Source of the DNA: Amoebophrya sp. A120
Lineage: Eukaryota; Protista; Dinoflagellata
Direction of reading: 5' to 3'
DNA: 64,000 nucleotides
Assembly (NCBI GenBank): GCA_905178155.1
Contig: CAJINV010000002.1
Coordinates: forward strand, 4,645,709 to 4,709,708
Under the pieces are notes generated by a model, which was given only the letters and a program-made list of their open reading frames with translations, ran no database searches and was not told the DNA's origin. Position numbers and translations under genes: made by a program. This document shows positions 23,842 to 35,672 of this stretch, piece by piece. Every line of letters starts with the position of its first letter. Positions within the stretch are counted from its first letter, which is position 1.

Positions 23842-26800
23842 TCACGCGTCGAACAGCAGTTTTCGCTGCAGGGCGACGTTTTGCACCTCGTATTTCTCGT
23901 GGATTCTCCACCCAAGTGCCCACACCGCGCCCCACACGAGAACCACCACACCACAGGCGTAGTAGGCAAAATCGAAACCGTAAGAATCAATCACGCGGCC
24001 CCAGAAGAGGGAGCCGATAGAGAAACCAAGCTGTTGGTAAAGTCCGTTACACACTGCTTGCATCGTGGTCTCGAGCCCTGATAGAGGTGTTGAGAGAAGT
24101 CATTTCTCATGCGGACTTGCGCTTCAATGTAGCACTTGTCAACATGTAGCTGCTGCATCTAGTAGGTAAAGTATTCGTTGTAAAGCTTATTTCTGTGGTG
24201 TCAGCTTTTACCCTACTTTTTGTTCAACACTGAGCGCGAGCACTTCAGACGGAGAACTTGTTGAAGGTTCTATAGTTTTTGTCATCACAATTTCAGAAAT
24301 AGACCAGTATCTTCTAGAACAATGAATTACTCAACGAGCGCAGTTCGCAAGGACTAAATTCTCTGTCATGCGTTAGCACCACGCGCAACAGTACATCCTT
24401 CTTGCTTGATCAGCTTTTACCCTACTTTTTGTTCAACACTGAGCGCGAGCGCTTCAGACGCAGAACTTGTTGAAGGTTCTATAGTTTCTGTCATCACAGT
24501 AGCAAGAATACAAAGAATAGACCGGTCGAATTTAGAAACATGACTCATGCACTTACTCCGTTCGCACGGCCAAAGACTCTGTCATACGAGGCGCACGATA
24601 TATCATTCTTGCTTACTGTCAGCTTTTACCCTACTTTTTGTTCAACACTGAGCGCGAGCGCTTCAGCAAAGAACTTTGGAAATGTTAGTTTGTGTCATCA
24701 TAGTGGACTTTCCCTTGCTTTTCATACTAATAAATAAAGTGGAAGTCAGTGTCAATGACTTGAGCAACCGCAAAACCAGTCTCAGCTCTCATAATCCTTT
24801 GTTGATTATCCTCGGAGTTCAGACCAGCAGACAGTCACCACCAGAAAGTGACTTGTACATGACCCAAAGCAGGCATGGGACGCAGACCCAAAATTCATTG
24901 AGAAAGCGTAGACCCACTCTGGGCGTTCCAAGCTTCCCTAGAAGAAACCATCTGCTGGTCTGAAAAACCTCACCAGACACACAATTTTTCATCACGCGGT
25001 TTCGACTTGCTCTGTTTCAGCGACCGATCAAGGTGAAGTAGATCGCTGCAGGACGAGGTTGAAAAGTAAATGTCCCAATTCTCAAACGCCAGAGTGAGGT
25101 GCATTTCATTAGCGCCACACCCCATTTAAAGCGGTTGTGTATTGGATCAGTATTTTTGGGAAACTATGGCAGAAAAGAGGCCCGCTCAGAAAGAGGCTCT
25201 CCCTCTGTGGCTAGAATCCCGAATGAGAACTGCGATTTTGTCTCAGAGCGTTGCGATCCGATCTCAAGCTGGAAGACTGAGGAATCACCATTGCATTGTA
25301 AGAAGTGGTGAAATTCAGGTAGAAGTACTGACGCGAAGGAGGTGCTAGCAAGTAGCGGCCACAGCGCCTACATCTCTAAATGAATCCTATCTTCAAGATC
25401 TTTGGGTTTGATTTCAATTTGGCCGACCAGGACCAGCGCGATAGGAATCTAAATTAAAAAATAACGATCTATGGCACTGCCAGTCTGCGGAGCAGCTGCA
25501 CCACGCACGCTTACACTAGGCAGTAAATCAAGACGAGAACAAATTTCCAAACACGCTTACCATGAGGATTTCGATGTTTTAGAAGTTCTATTCTTTTTCT
25601 TCTGACATGATGATCAAAAATAAAAAAGTACCTCGTGGCGCGTTGTTCTGGGCGTAGTGCACGCTGGCAGTCCACATGGCGGCGAAGGTTACTCCGTGCA
25701 AGGGCTCGACCAGCAGCACCGTCCACACCTGGTCGCGGGGCAGCATCACGTAGAGCAGGCACCGCAACGCGAAGACTAGATGACACAGATTCAACACCGT
25801 CCTCTCGGAGAGGATCTCCAAGGCCCGGTTAAAGTAGAAAAACACCGGTAGCTCGAACAAACACATCACCGCGATCGAAAGGCCCAGCAGCGACTTCTCC
25901 GCCGGCGGCTGGAAATCACGCTCCAGGTAGACGAAGAGAAAGGTCTCCACCATGGCCATGCAAGTGCCGTAAACAACCAGGTTCGCGAAGAACCACATGG
26001 CGCGAAACCTGACATAATTGTGTTTGTGTTGTGCTGACGCGCGAGATAAGAGCAGGACTGTGCTGCGGATGATCAAGGACATCTTCACACACGCCGTATT
26101 CTAAGATCATGCGCTTCATGTTCATACGCGCATGGAGTGTAAGTCTTGAAGATCATTTTCAATCATACAACCCCAAAACTCGCCTTAATACCGCAACAGC
26201 TTCTTCCTCCTCGCTTCAGCCGGCGTGAAAGTCGGGGACATGACCGCCAAGTCGCCCGGCGCCCCGCCGGGGAAATAAACCAGCAAGACCGTGATGGAGA
26301 TCAGTGTCCCGACCGTGTAGGAGACAAACATGTACCCAGTGCCGTAGTGGTCAACCATAAACCCCGTCAAGAACGCCATCGTGCCCCACCCCACCGCGCC
26401 CCACATGCGCTGCCCGCCGTAAGATTCGTCGTCTTCGGCACCTGGAAACAAAAATTGTTGCGCGCGGGCAGTGTTAAACGTCTCGAGGTGGAGGTGCGCA
26501 CAAGGAAAAAGACTGCGGCCCAGCTGTGGTCTTTCGCTTTGCCTTTGTCTTATACCTACATGCCGAAAATAAATTTCTCATCGTGACGAAGCTGCGAGAA
26601 ATGCTCATGTTGCAACTTGAAAATCTCTACCAGAATGCTGTTTCAACACCGACAGGCACAGCGCGTCCTGGATTCCCTGCGCGCCGGCCCGGCAGAATGC
26701 GGCGAGCCCCACGAACACGAAGACGCAGGTTAGATTCTCCTTGTACGCATTTAACCCGAGGTAGAAAACCACCGCGAGCCCGGAGGAAATGGACAAGACG

Positions 26801-27348
26801 AGCTTGTGTACTTTCGTGAAGTCGCAGATGGAAGCCCAGAAAATCTGCCCAACGAAGCACATCAGCGGATCCAGGCACATCAGGTACCCGATAAACTTCG
26901 GCCCAATCCCGAGGTCGGTGTAGAGCACCACCAGGAACCGCACCAGCGACGCTGCACACCCCAGCTGGAGAAAATACAGGAACTTGCAGGCCCATAGTGG
27001 AGTAAGCTGAGATGTGGGTTTATCTGCTTTACTGTACTGTGCGGCTTCGTGCATGTTTCTTCCGGCGACCCCGCGACCTGGCGCTCCTATCGAGGACTCG
27101 AAAGGTTCTTGTATTGTGCCTGCATTAGCAGTCGCTGTTGTTGTGGAAGAAGACGTTGCTGCTGTCAATGCTGGCGAAACGACGGTTTCGGGCGCTGCTG
27201 CGAACTGGACTTTTTCTGCACCCCGGCTTGAAGAGGAACTGGCTGTGGTTTTGCACGAGGTGGAACCGCTGCAGCAACCTCCACCCCCGCCACCCTTCGA
27301 GCTCACGCTCACGGTGACATGAGGCCCGTCGGTGCTACCTGCGCCCAT
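23842..27348 (-). CDS. Major facilitator superfamily transporter (MFSD6/MFS_1-like); about 4 exons
   Basis: Hydrophobic helices and motifs KFLYFL, IFWASICD, YGGQRMWGAVGWG, FELPVFFY, VEPLHGVTFAAMW spread over ORFs 26605-27348, 26185-26451, 25588-26088 and 23842-24063. Confidence 0.88.
24198..24291 (-). ncRNA. Box C/D snoRNA candidate, copy 1 (intronic in MFS gene)
   Basis: Minus strand: C box GTGATGA (24282-24288), D' CTGA, C'-like GTGTTGA, guide AGTAGGGTAAAA, D box CTGA (24201-24204). Confidence 0.75.
24401..24506 (-). ncRNA. Box C/D snoRNA candidate, copy 2
   Basis: C box GTGATGA (24491-24497), D box CTGA (24410-24413), identical guide, terminal stem CTTGCT/AGCAAG. Confidence 0.75.
24615..24704 (-). 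ncRNA. Box C/D snoRNA candidate, copy 3
   Basis: C box ATGATGA (24695-24701), D box CTGA (24619-24622), identical guide and D'/C' hairpin, while the 5' half has diverged. Confidence 0.75.
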
Positions 27349-28129
27349 AGCTGGTGTTATTTGGTCTTTGGTTCTAACTTCGTTTCTTCCGGAAAAATTA
27401 GGTGTAACCAGTGGACGGATTATTTCCGTAGGAATCCCTCGATTCCCTTGCCCTCAAAGCGCAATCAGAATCACTCTAGAGATGAACTTTTTCTCACAGT
27501 GAAGATGACGAGAGCCCTCGCCTCTTTCAAAACACGCTCGACCTTCTTACACGAATTTTGGTTTTACAACGTCGGGGGTTTGAGGACCGACAGTGACGCA
27601 TGAAAAGAAGCTGGTGCTTGTGCTTGCGGCGCAGCAGATGCAGTGGCATGAGGACATTGGTTGCTTTGCTTTGCTTTGTCTTCGAAATCGCACCACACGA
27701 CGCCGACGGCGCAAGCAGTTATTGAAACGCACTTCGCAATCAAAAATAGGTTCATGATGACACTCTTCGCGGCTGTCTCGCGTCCATAACCTTCACAAAA
27801 ATCGATGCTTCACTCCACCGCCGCCGCTATGTAGCACCTCCTACAGGCGACTTCGGTGCTATCATGACAACGGGCGACGGAGGACCAGAAGCAGCTGCCA
27901 GGGTTTCCTGTGATTCGTAAGCCTCTTTCGCGAGCACACCCTTCACGAAGCCAAGACAACAGAAATAGCCACAGAAAAGAGGACACCCGCAGAAGGCTAG
28001 CACCTGATCGAGTTTTTATTCTAATTTTGTCCCCGCGTCATCCACATCTACATGCTACAAACGCAACATACTACACATGGCAATTCAGCACTTCAGAATC
28101 CACTTGCCGCTCTTCGAAAAGATTTAGTA

Positions 28130-28543
28130 CTAGACAAATTCGAATTTCACAACTTCTCCTGTCGCCACATGATTAGATATAGATACCGGATGCACTGCCT
28201 CCTCTGCTTTCGTCTTCCTGGCCTCTGGTAGCCTCGTGACATCTAGTTTCGGCTCTCCACCCGCCTCCCCAGATGATCTTCCTCTTGAGCTTGAGGGGGA
28301 TAATGCGCCTATGATCGTGCCGCCAAGCGTCTGCAACTTTCCCACCCGCTCAAACACACCGGCTAGCGGCCCGGTATCCTTCACGGGAAGGTTCTTGATT
28401 TCCTCCGGGGACAGCTCCGGTTCTTCTTCCGCAAATTCATAGCTGAAAGCCCGACTAAAACTGACGCTTTTCTGCTTGGCTTTGGGTGTCGGAGCACCGG
28501 AGGCGGAAACGCCGGGAGTTTCAGCAGTAGCGATTCGACTCAT
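28130..28543 (-). CDS. Hypothetical protein (probably one exon of a spliced gene)
   Basis: Coding-like ORF MSRIATAETPG...SFSRAFSYEFAEEEPEL...; possible GT donor near 28185; no recognisable domain. Confidence 0.45.
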   Translation of the reverse strand: MSRIATAETPGVSASGAPTPKAKQKSVSFSRAFSYEFAEEEPELSPEEIKNLPVKDTGPLAGVFERVGKLQTLGGTIIGALSPSSSRGRSSGEAGGEPKLDVTRLPEARKTKAEEAVHPVSISNHVATGEVVKFEFV

Positions 28544-29619
28544 GATACACAGGCAATATGCGGATAAACAAGTAAGTTTCCGAAAATTTCCTTTGAAAAA
28601 ACGGCGCACCACGCACCACGGTTGAAAAAAACCTAGCCTGATGTATGCTCACAAAGCGAAGAGGACATCAAGTTGTATGAAGATGCGCCAACCACAAAGA
28701 ACTTTGAGAAGCGTCGCAGACCACTTCCCCGTTATCATGTTCGATATCATGTCATCACTGCACGAAGCGGTGTGTGGCGGGATGGAAAGTACGACGACGA
28801 CAACGACAAAAATCAACCATAAACGCCAAGCCGAGGGCGAGACGACCACTTCATCCCACGATGACGACATAATTATTTACCATTGCAATGCTTACTGCAT
28901 ATCCACGGCAGAGGCCGCTGTTTTTTTTTTAACTTACGTCCCACGACTCCATCGTCAAGAACGATCACAACAACTGTTGGTGCCAACGATCTATCCGCCC
29001 TGCTCCCTTGCGCAAACAACTATGGGACCACGATAAACCAGACGCGAACTTGTACAAGGACTCGGACCTGCCCACTGAATACTAGGTGGAGCCGGGTTGT
29101 AGTTTCCAGCTGCAAGAAGTGCCTGCGCCCGGAGCGTCAAGACATCACTCTGACCAGCCATAGGACCCGCGACGGACGCACAGTTCAATACGGCGTTGCG
29201 TTTTCGGTTTCTCAACTATTTTTTCACTACTTACCGCAACCACTTGTCAGAACAAGATTGTACATATGGCAGTCAGCCGTGAGTTCACAGATTCATCCAG
29301 TCATGAGAAACCCAACACCCTTGCTTTCCGATTCCACCGATCGACGATATGTACAAAAGACTATATGCACTTTTACTTTTTCCTCGCATGTACAGCAGCA
29401 CAGCTCTACATAGGAACTACTCCTGAAACAAACTTTCATTTTGATTTAGAACTGAGTGGAGAAAATTGAAACACAACTACTTGCATTTGTGCGCGCCTTG
29501 GGAAAACACTAACACTTATGGAACTACTGAGTGATTTTGAAACTCGATAAATTTGCGGCCTACGTAAACGTACATTCATTCCTCTATATTTTCACTCTCT
29601 TGTGGAATCATGAAAACCT

Positions 29620-32600
29620 TCAACTACACAAGCCTTCCTCATGCCACTTCGGATTCGGTTCCAGCTCACGAACTCGCAATCGCCTCGCAGCGCTTTTGCC
29701 AACACCCGATCGCGGCGTGGAAAAATTGCCCGTGAGCGGTTCTTTCGGTACTATCGTGCCGCGCAGGCCATGAAGATGAAACCGTGACGTCGTGTCGGCA
29801 CCGATCGATGAAACGCCGCTTCTACCGATGGTACCATCAACGAATGCGCCACGAGCGCCGAAGGCAGTGATCCAGTTCGGTTCATCACCTCCCGAAGGAG
29901 CGCCTGCAATAGTGCTGCAGTTTTGGTGAAGATAACTGAACGCAGCGGGACCTGGAGTTAGTGCGTGTGCGGGGGCGACACTGAATAAAGCACCACCAGC
30001 ACCACGACCGCGACCCTGCTGATGTATTTCGACATCGCTTCGCGGTAGTTCTTCTTGTAGTTCCTCTTTCCGGAAGTGGAACCGTTGTTCGGTAACGCGG
30101 ACCGTCGGGGACTGTAATTTGGTGAGTATGTGTTGGTCCTCCATGCTGTCCGTGTCGTGCAAATAAAGCGCACAGTTTTCGTTACTGGTGCAGCGCTGAG
30201 GTGGTTTTTCAACTGCCTGCTCATCAAACACGTCCTCTCGGTAGCTCCAGTGGAGATTAATCTCCTGCTTGTTGTCCTCTATCAATGAGTCCTCACGCCA
30301 AGACTTACCCGTGGACGCACGCAGCTGTCGCTGCGGGTGCTGAGACGGTGGAAGAGAATACACGAAATTGGGACGAGCAGATCTACTTTTCGGACTCGAC
30401 ATTGGGCGGTTGCTGGCCATGCTCATCTGCAGGCGGGCCGGGTAGTAGGAGCAGCTATTTGTTCTAGTGTGATGAAAGTGCTTTTCCTGAAAATTTTCGT
30501 TCAACAGGTTGTTCCCGTGGTAATGCTCCATGGGCAGCGCAGCGGCCGGGATCCCATCTACTTCCTCCGGAACAGCGGCCCCGCCGTTCGGGCCTTCAAA
30601 GAGGTAGTCGTAGTCCGCATCTTCAGACAACAGGTCCAGCAGGTCCGCGCTGATGTAATCCGGCAGCGGTTTCGGATAGAAATCGGTGTTGTGGACGACA
30701 TCGCGCTGTCCGCCCATACACATCATGATGTTGCTCCCACCCAGTGGGGAAAAAGTGTCAGGTCCTGAAGGAAAAATCGCGTCCTCATCATGAAAAACGC
30801 GGTTACCAATATTCGTGTTTTGAAACAAGGAGGGGGACCCTCGTCGTCCGAGGACCGAGAGACACTGCTGATCGTCTTTGTAAACAAATCCCCGTTGCTC
30901 TGCGAGTAACGGCGGATACGGCAGTTGCGCGCACTGATGCTGCTGGACACCACGGAGGAAAAGATGCTCGTCATCCCCCGAGCAGCCCAGCAACTTCTGC
31001 TCTGGAAGCGGGAGATTGAAAGAGTTCAAAATGCCATCATCGATGGTCACGTGGTGATCCCCCGGCGTCGCGGTGTCTGGGCGGAACACAGCTTTTGAAG
31101 ATGATGCAGGAACCGCTTTTACTTCGTGTTGTTGATGTCCATATCCTCGTTGTCCTCCTGCTGCTGCACCTGCATCGCCCAACATATCCTCCTCGTAGCA
31201 GCATTTCGTGGTGATCAGGGTTGAGGCTGCGCTGTGTGTCAGTTCGTCCTTCGCTGCGACGTTGGCGTTCGGCACTGCCGCGGGAGCAGCAGAGCGGGCG
31301 GAAATCATATGTCGGCTTGACGATGCTTGTGCGGATGTTGAGCCGTTCAACATATCACTTGCAGTTGCACGCATTGCTCCCCGCGACATAGCAGTATCTG
31401 GCTGAAGAAAGTCCCTGTTGTGTGGCGCAGCAGCTGGTGTGAGCGAAACAGAAGAAGGCACCCTTCGTCCTTCGCGCGGCGTTGCTGTTTCACTTCGATC
31501 ATGCTCACTTCGATTCCTGTGCTCGTGCTTAAATATTTGTGTTTGTTCCAACCGCCGCGGCTGGTGCACATACAACAACCGTTCTTTTGGCGAAATCCTG
31601 CTGGTGTCAGCTGGCCCTGACGGCTGAAAACTGCCGGTCCGGCGCAAAAACTCGGAACAAATCGCAGCTTGTTGATCTTCATCCCTGCTCTTCTTGATCT
31701 TGTCCTCCGATGAATCGTTGAAGCCTAGATGAACATCTTGACGACCATGTTTGTCGTGGTCTGTGAATTTCCTTCTGCCGTTTCTACTAGAAGATCCGAA
31801 CCTGCAGTTTGAACGTCTCCGGTCCGCCCGACGCCGCGAAGCGGGTGACGAGCTGCACTTTTTGTTTCGCCTTGTTCGCGATGTCGTATTATCGGCGTGC
31901 TCCTTGCCAGAAAACGAGACTGTGCTCCTCGATCGCGATGTCCTCGAAGACAACCCTCCCGAAGACTGCGATCGCCGACGCGATTTCGTACTGCCAGATA
32001 TATGTGCAGTGTTGCAGCTCCGTTGTTCCCTTTTTTTCCTACTTCTCCCTGTACTTTTTGTTCGTGAAGCCGCCCTTCTCGCACGAACACTTCTTGTTTC
32101 TTGTCCCTGCGGCCGTCCCGTTGGTTGCGCAAATGACCTCCGCAACACTCTTGTTGGTAGACTAGTGTCGGTCTCGTACACCATGTTGGGTATCCACAGA
32201 ATTTTTACCGCCACCGCCAAAAATAGCAAAAAAGCATCGCTTTTTTTGAAAAAAAAATCAAAAAATTTCAGGCGCTACGTAGCAAGATTTGTCTGACGTA
32301 ATCTAGTAGCTCGAGGTAGCTAGTGATGTCCAGTGGAAGCGCATTAGGTAAATGAGGATAAACTAGCTAGGCCCAAACAGCGATCCGGGTGAAGAAGGCG
32401 ACGCCCGAGGCCCACAGCACCTGTTCGCCGCTGTAGACCACCGCGTGGCGACATGGGAGGAAAGCGAAGGGCCTGGCTTTTATGGGTTCGGAGTTGGTCA
32501 TCTTCACTTGATGGTCTAGCACTAGCTCAGCTGGCACAAAGTTGTTGTTTGTCATCTTTTGCGACAGGACAAATCGCAAAAAATTTCAGAAAAAATCAAA

Positions 32601-35042
32601 AAATGTGGGAGAGTAATGCTTTTTTCTGGCGGTAAAAGTAATCACGGTGCTAGGGCCTCAAAATTTTTACCGCCGCGACGCTTTTTCTTTTAGAAAATGC
32701 TCGTTTTTGACTCAAAAATCTCAGCATAGCACCGGTGGAATCTTTACCGCCACTTTTTCATTGATTTTCCATTAAAATCGTGGCGGTAAAAGTTCTACCG
32801 ATGCTATGGTGGATTTGAAAAGTCAAAAAGTCGTCACTTTCTTTTAGAAATTGCCTCATGGCGGTAAAAATTTTGAGGCCATACCACCGTGATTATTTTC
32901 ACCGCCAGAAAAAAACATGACTTCGTGGAAAAAAGCAGACTTGAGAAAGTTCTGAGATCATTTCAGAAAAGTCTCAGCTTTCTTGAAAAAGTCGAAAACT
33001 GAGTGTGGCGGTAAAAATAACACGGCGCTACGGCCCCAGAAATTTTACCGCCATGCGGCATTTTCTCAAGCTCATGGCTGGCGTCTTCACCGCCAACCAG
33101 CTCCTGTCCACCGAGTTTGCGGCTTTTGACGAACCTCCTGACGAATGGGCCTAGCTAGTTAAATATCTTTTACTGCGCTCCACTAGGGCATCACTCTAGC
33201 TACTCTCATAGCATAGATACATGATTTACCACATGATCAGCATGGAATGAGTTGGGAATTTTTTTAAATTTTTGTTTTTTTTTTCCATGAAAAAGTGCTA
33301 CTTTTGGCGGTGGCGGTAAAAATTCTGTGGATATTGGGTGGCTGAAACACACTAGTGCCAGTGGTCATCTCGCCCAGTATGTCGTAGCCAATCCGAACGT
33401 CCGCCGGGTAATCGGAGGACTCGTTGTGGTTCAGGTTGCTGTCGTCCTTGTTTCCAGCAAAACCACAGTGATCGCCTGTTCCTGTTCGATCATTGCTGCT
33501 GAATTTCAAATCCAGCCCCGTAGTACGACCGAAAGTGCTGTGGCTAGTGTTCTTTCCGAAAGAATTTTTCGTGTTCGACGAGGCCAGACGAAACAAGTTG
33601 TCACCCTCGCTCTGCATCTGCGCCTCTTTGACGCACCGCTGCAGTCGCGCAACCCGGCGCTCCGCCCGCTTCCAGCAGATAGCTCGCTTCTTGATGCGGT
33701 GTGGTGGTTTCTGGCCGCGGCCTCCATACTTTTGATCATCGACGCTTCCTTCTTTCCTAAACCGCCGCCCGAAAGAGGGACCAGAAGAAGACGACCTGGA
33801 TCTTGAGGATGTTGAACCGGACGGAGCTTCGCTTTCGTCGACCTCTGATGCGGTTGCTCCACTATTCCCGGAGGTGTCGGAACACGCAAGAATCGACGAG
33901 AAACGCGAAGATCTTGCTGCGCATTGCAAAGGACGCCGTGTAGAAGTTGCGGGCCAGCTGCCAGAATTGACCCGCATTGCCTCGAAAGACGGGAAAGTGC
34001 TTGCTGCGCCACTTGGAGGACCAAACGGTTTTTGCTTCGTTCGACACGGAGGGCGCGGCGACAACAGCTGCCACTGATACTCGTTTTCCATCTGGTCATT
34101 GTTTCCCTTCAAAGTAGAGAAGCTGTTGGAAAAGAACAGAGGATCTTTTGCAGTCCCTCCCGGCAATTCTCTGCTGATGTTGTTCCGCTCCGCATCCTCG
34201 TCTTCCTTCAGTAGCGTCGGCAGATAAGCTACTTCTCGGTTGAACAAAGTCGAATTTTTCTGTTGCCGAAGCCGGTCCGTCTCTTCCGCCCATAAACGGC
34301 CGAAGCTCGTCGTGCCAGTCTTAAAGCTATTGCCCCCCCACGACGTCGTAGCTTTTCTCGTAGTTGAGACCGTTTTGTCACGGTTGCTTGGACTCTCTTG
34401 TAATTCCTCCTTACGTGTTTTCGTCCATACGCTGGTATTGGCGGTGTTGGTGTTCCTGCAGCCGGGGGCGTAGCCGAGGACGGAGCGAGGGCTTTTACCA
34501 GCACCTCTAGAGGACAGATACATCATCGGCGTCGGTGTGTGATTCGAAGTTTCATCACGCCACAGGTTCGGTGAGCCTCCTCCTAACCGAAGATGATCAG
34601 CTGCGCGCCCGGATGTGCTACTTCCCGCCGCCGCCGCGTAAAGATACGGACGTCGACTGCTCAAAGAGGGAGCCGCGCTCGGAGTTTTCACTTCTCCTGC
34701 CGGCGACGCAGATTTGGCTGCCCGTGTTGTAGTGGCCTGGTCAAGAACGTCGGGATGCTGTTTCGGTTTCATGCAGCTGTTCGACGGACTGGCTCTGGCA
34801 TTGAATTGGAATGGCCCGCTGTCGTACTGCAACGGTTCTTCGCCCTCAACATGTGCTGCCGCGCATGCTCCCCCGTTGATCGGTAGAGGACCAGACACCG
34901 AACAAGATTTAGCGTTCGGAGTTCCTTCGTCATACGACGACATTCCACCTAGGTGTGTACTTTGTTGTTCAACATCTTCATGCGATAGTACCTGTGCATG
35001 ATACTGATTCGGAAAAGGAGGTACAAGAAAAAGAGTGGGCAC
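29620..35042 (-). CDS. Large low-complexity S/R-rich hypothetical protein (~1,400 aa) split by a 1.14-kb foldback element
   Basis: ORFs 33264-35042 and 29620-32229 join in frame (VFQPPN-MVYETD) when 32191-33333 plus one ttggg is removed; true start unresolved. Confidence 0.7.
32191..33333. mobile_element. 1,143-bp foldback (near-palindromic) TIR introner
   Basis: TIR tatccacagaatttttaccgccaccgccaaaa / ttttggcggtggcggtaaaaattctgtggata; repeat ttggg; nested inner inverted repeats (ctagctaggccca/tgggcctagctag; many ttttaccgcc/ggcggtaaaa) centred near 32760. Confidence 0.93.
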
Positions 35043-35672
35043 TCACAACGAAAAGCGCAAACACAAAAATCCGGTGTACCTCCAAAAAAGTCCCTTTTCA
35101 TCTGCAGTGGCATAACCGAAACCGACGGGACGGTCTCCAACCCAGGTGGTGTGGCTGCCGCACCTTTTGTCATGTTGTGATCCTTCCCTCATTGATGCCC
35201 GGCCTCGGCATCGACGGCTGCGGGAACTACTTCAACTTGAAACGAGAAGATTCGGCACTTCATAGATAAAGATATATTCTGGTTTTTACAAGTAAAGCTT
35301 CTACAGGTCTGGCACGTTTCTTGAATGTTTCGAGTAAAGCCAACTTCTCGCTCTACCGCATCACACTAAAAAAAATGTTCGCTCAACATATCGATACTGC
35401 CGCTCCCAGTCGGTCTCACAAGAAAGCCTCAGATGGAAGGCTACGAAAAAAACACCTCGCGGAGAAGCAGGGTGAATAAAGGACCTGGAGGAAAAAAAAG
35501 CTAGACCGGCCAGGGGGGCAGAAGATCACTGACCACCGCAGTTGCTGTCAGGTCAGTTATCTTCGTCGCCAGTTCTCGTTCTGTATCAGGAAATTTTCTT
35601 TTTTCGACACCCAGCACAGAAAGCGCAGGAACAGGGTTGATATCGTGTCTCTTCGCATTCACTGTCGCACTC

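Noticed and set aside
24201-24720. The 209-bp triplication as a neutral satellite or rRNA fragment
   Set aside because: Conservation concentrates on box C/D motifs and a 12-nt antisense guide, and no longer rRNA similarity is present.
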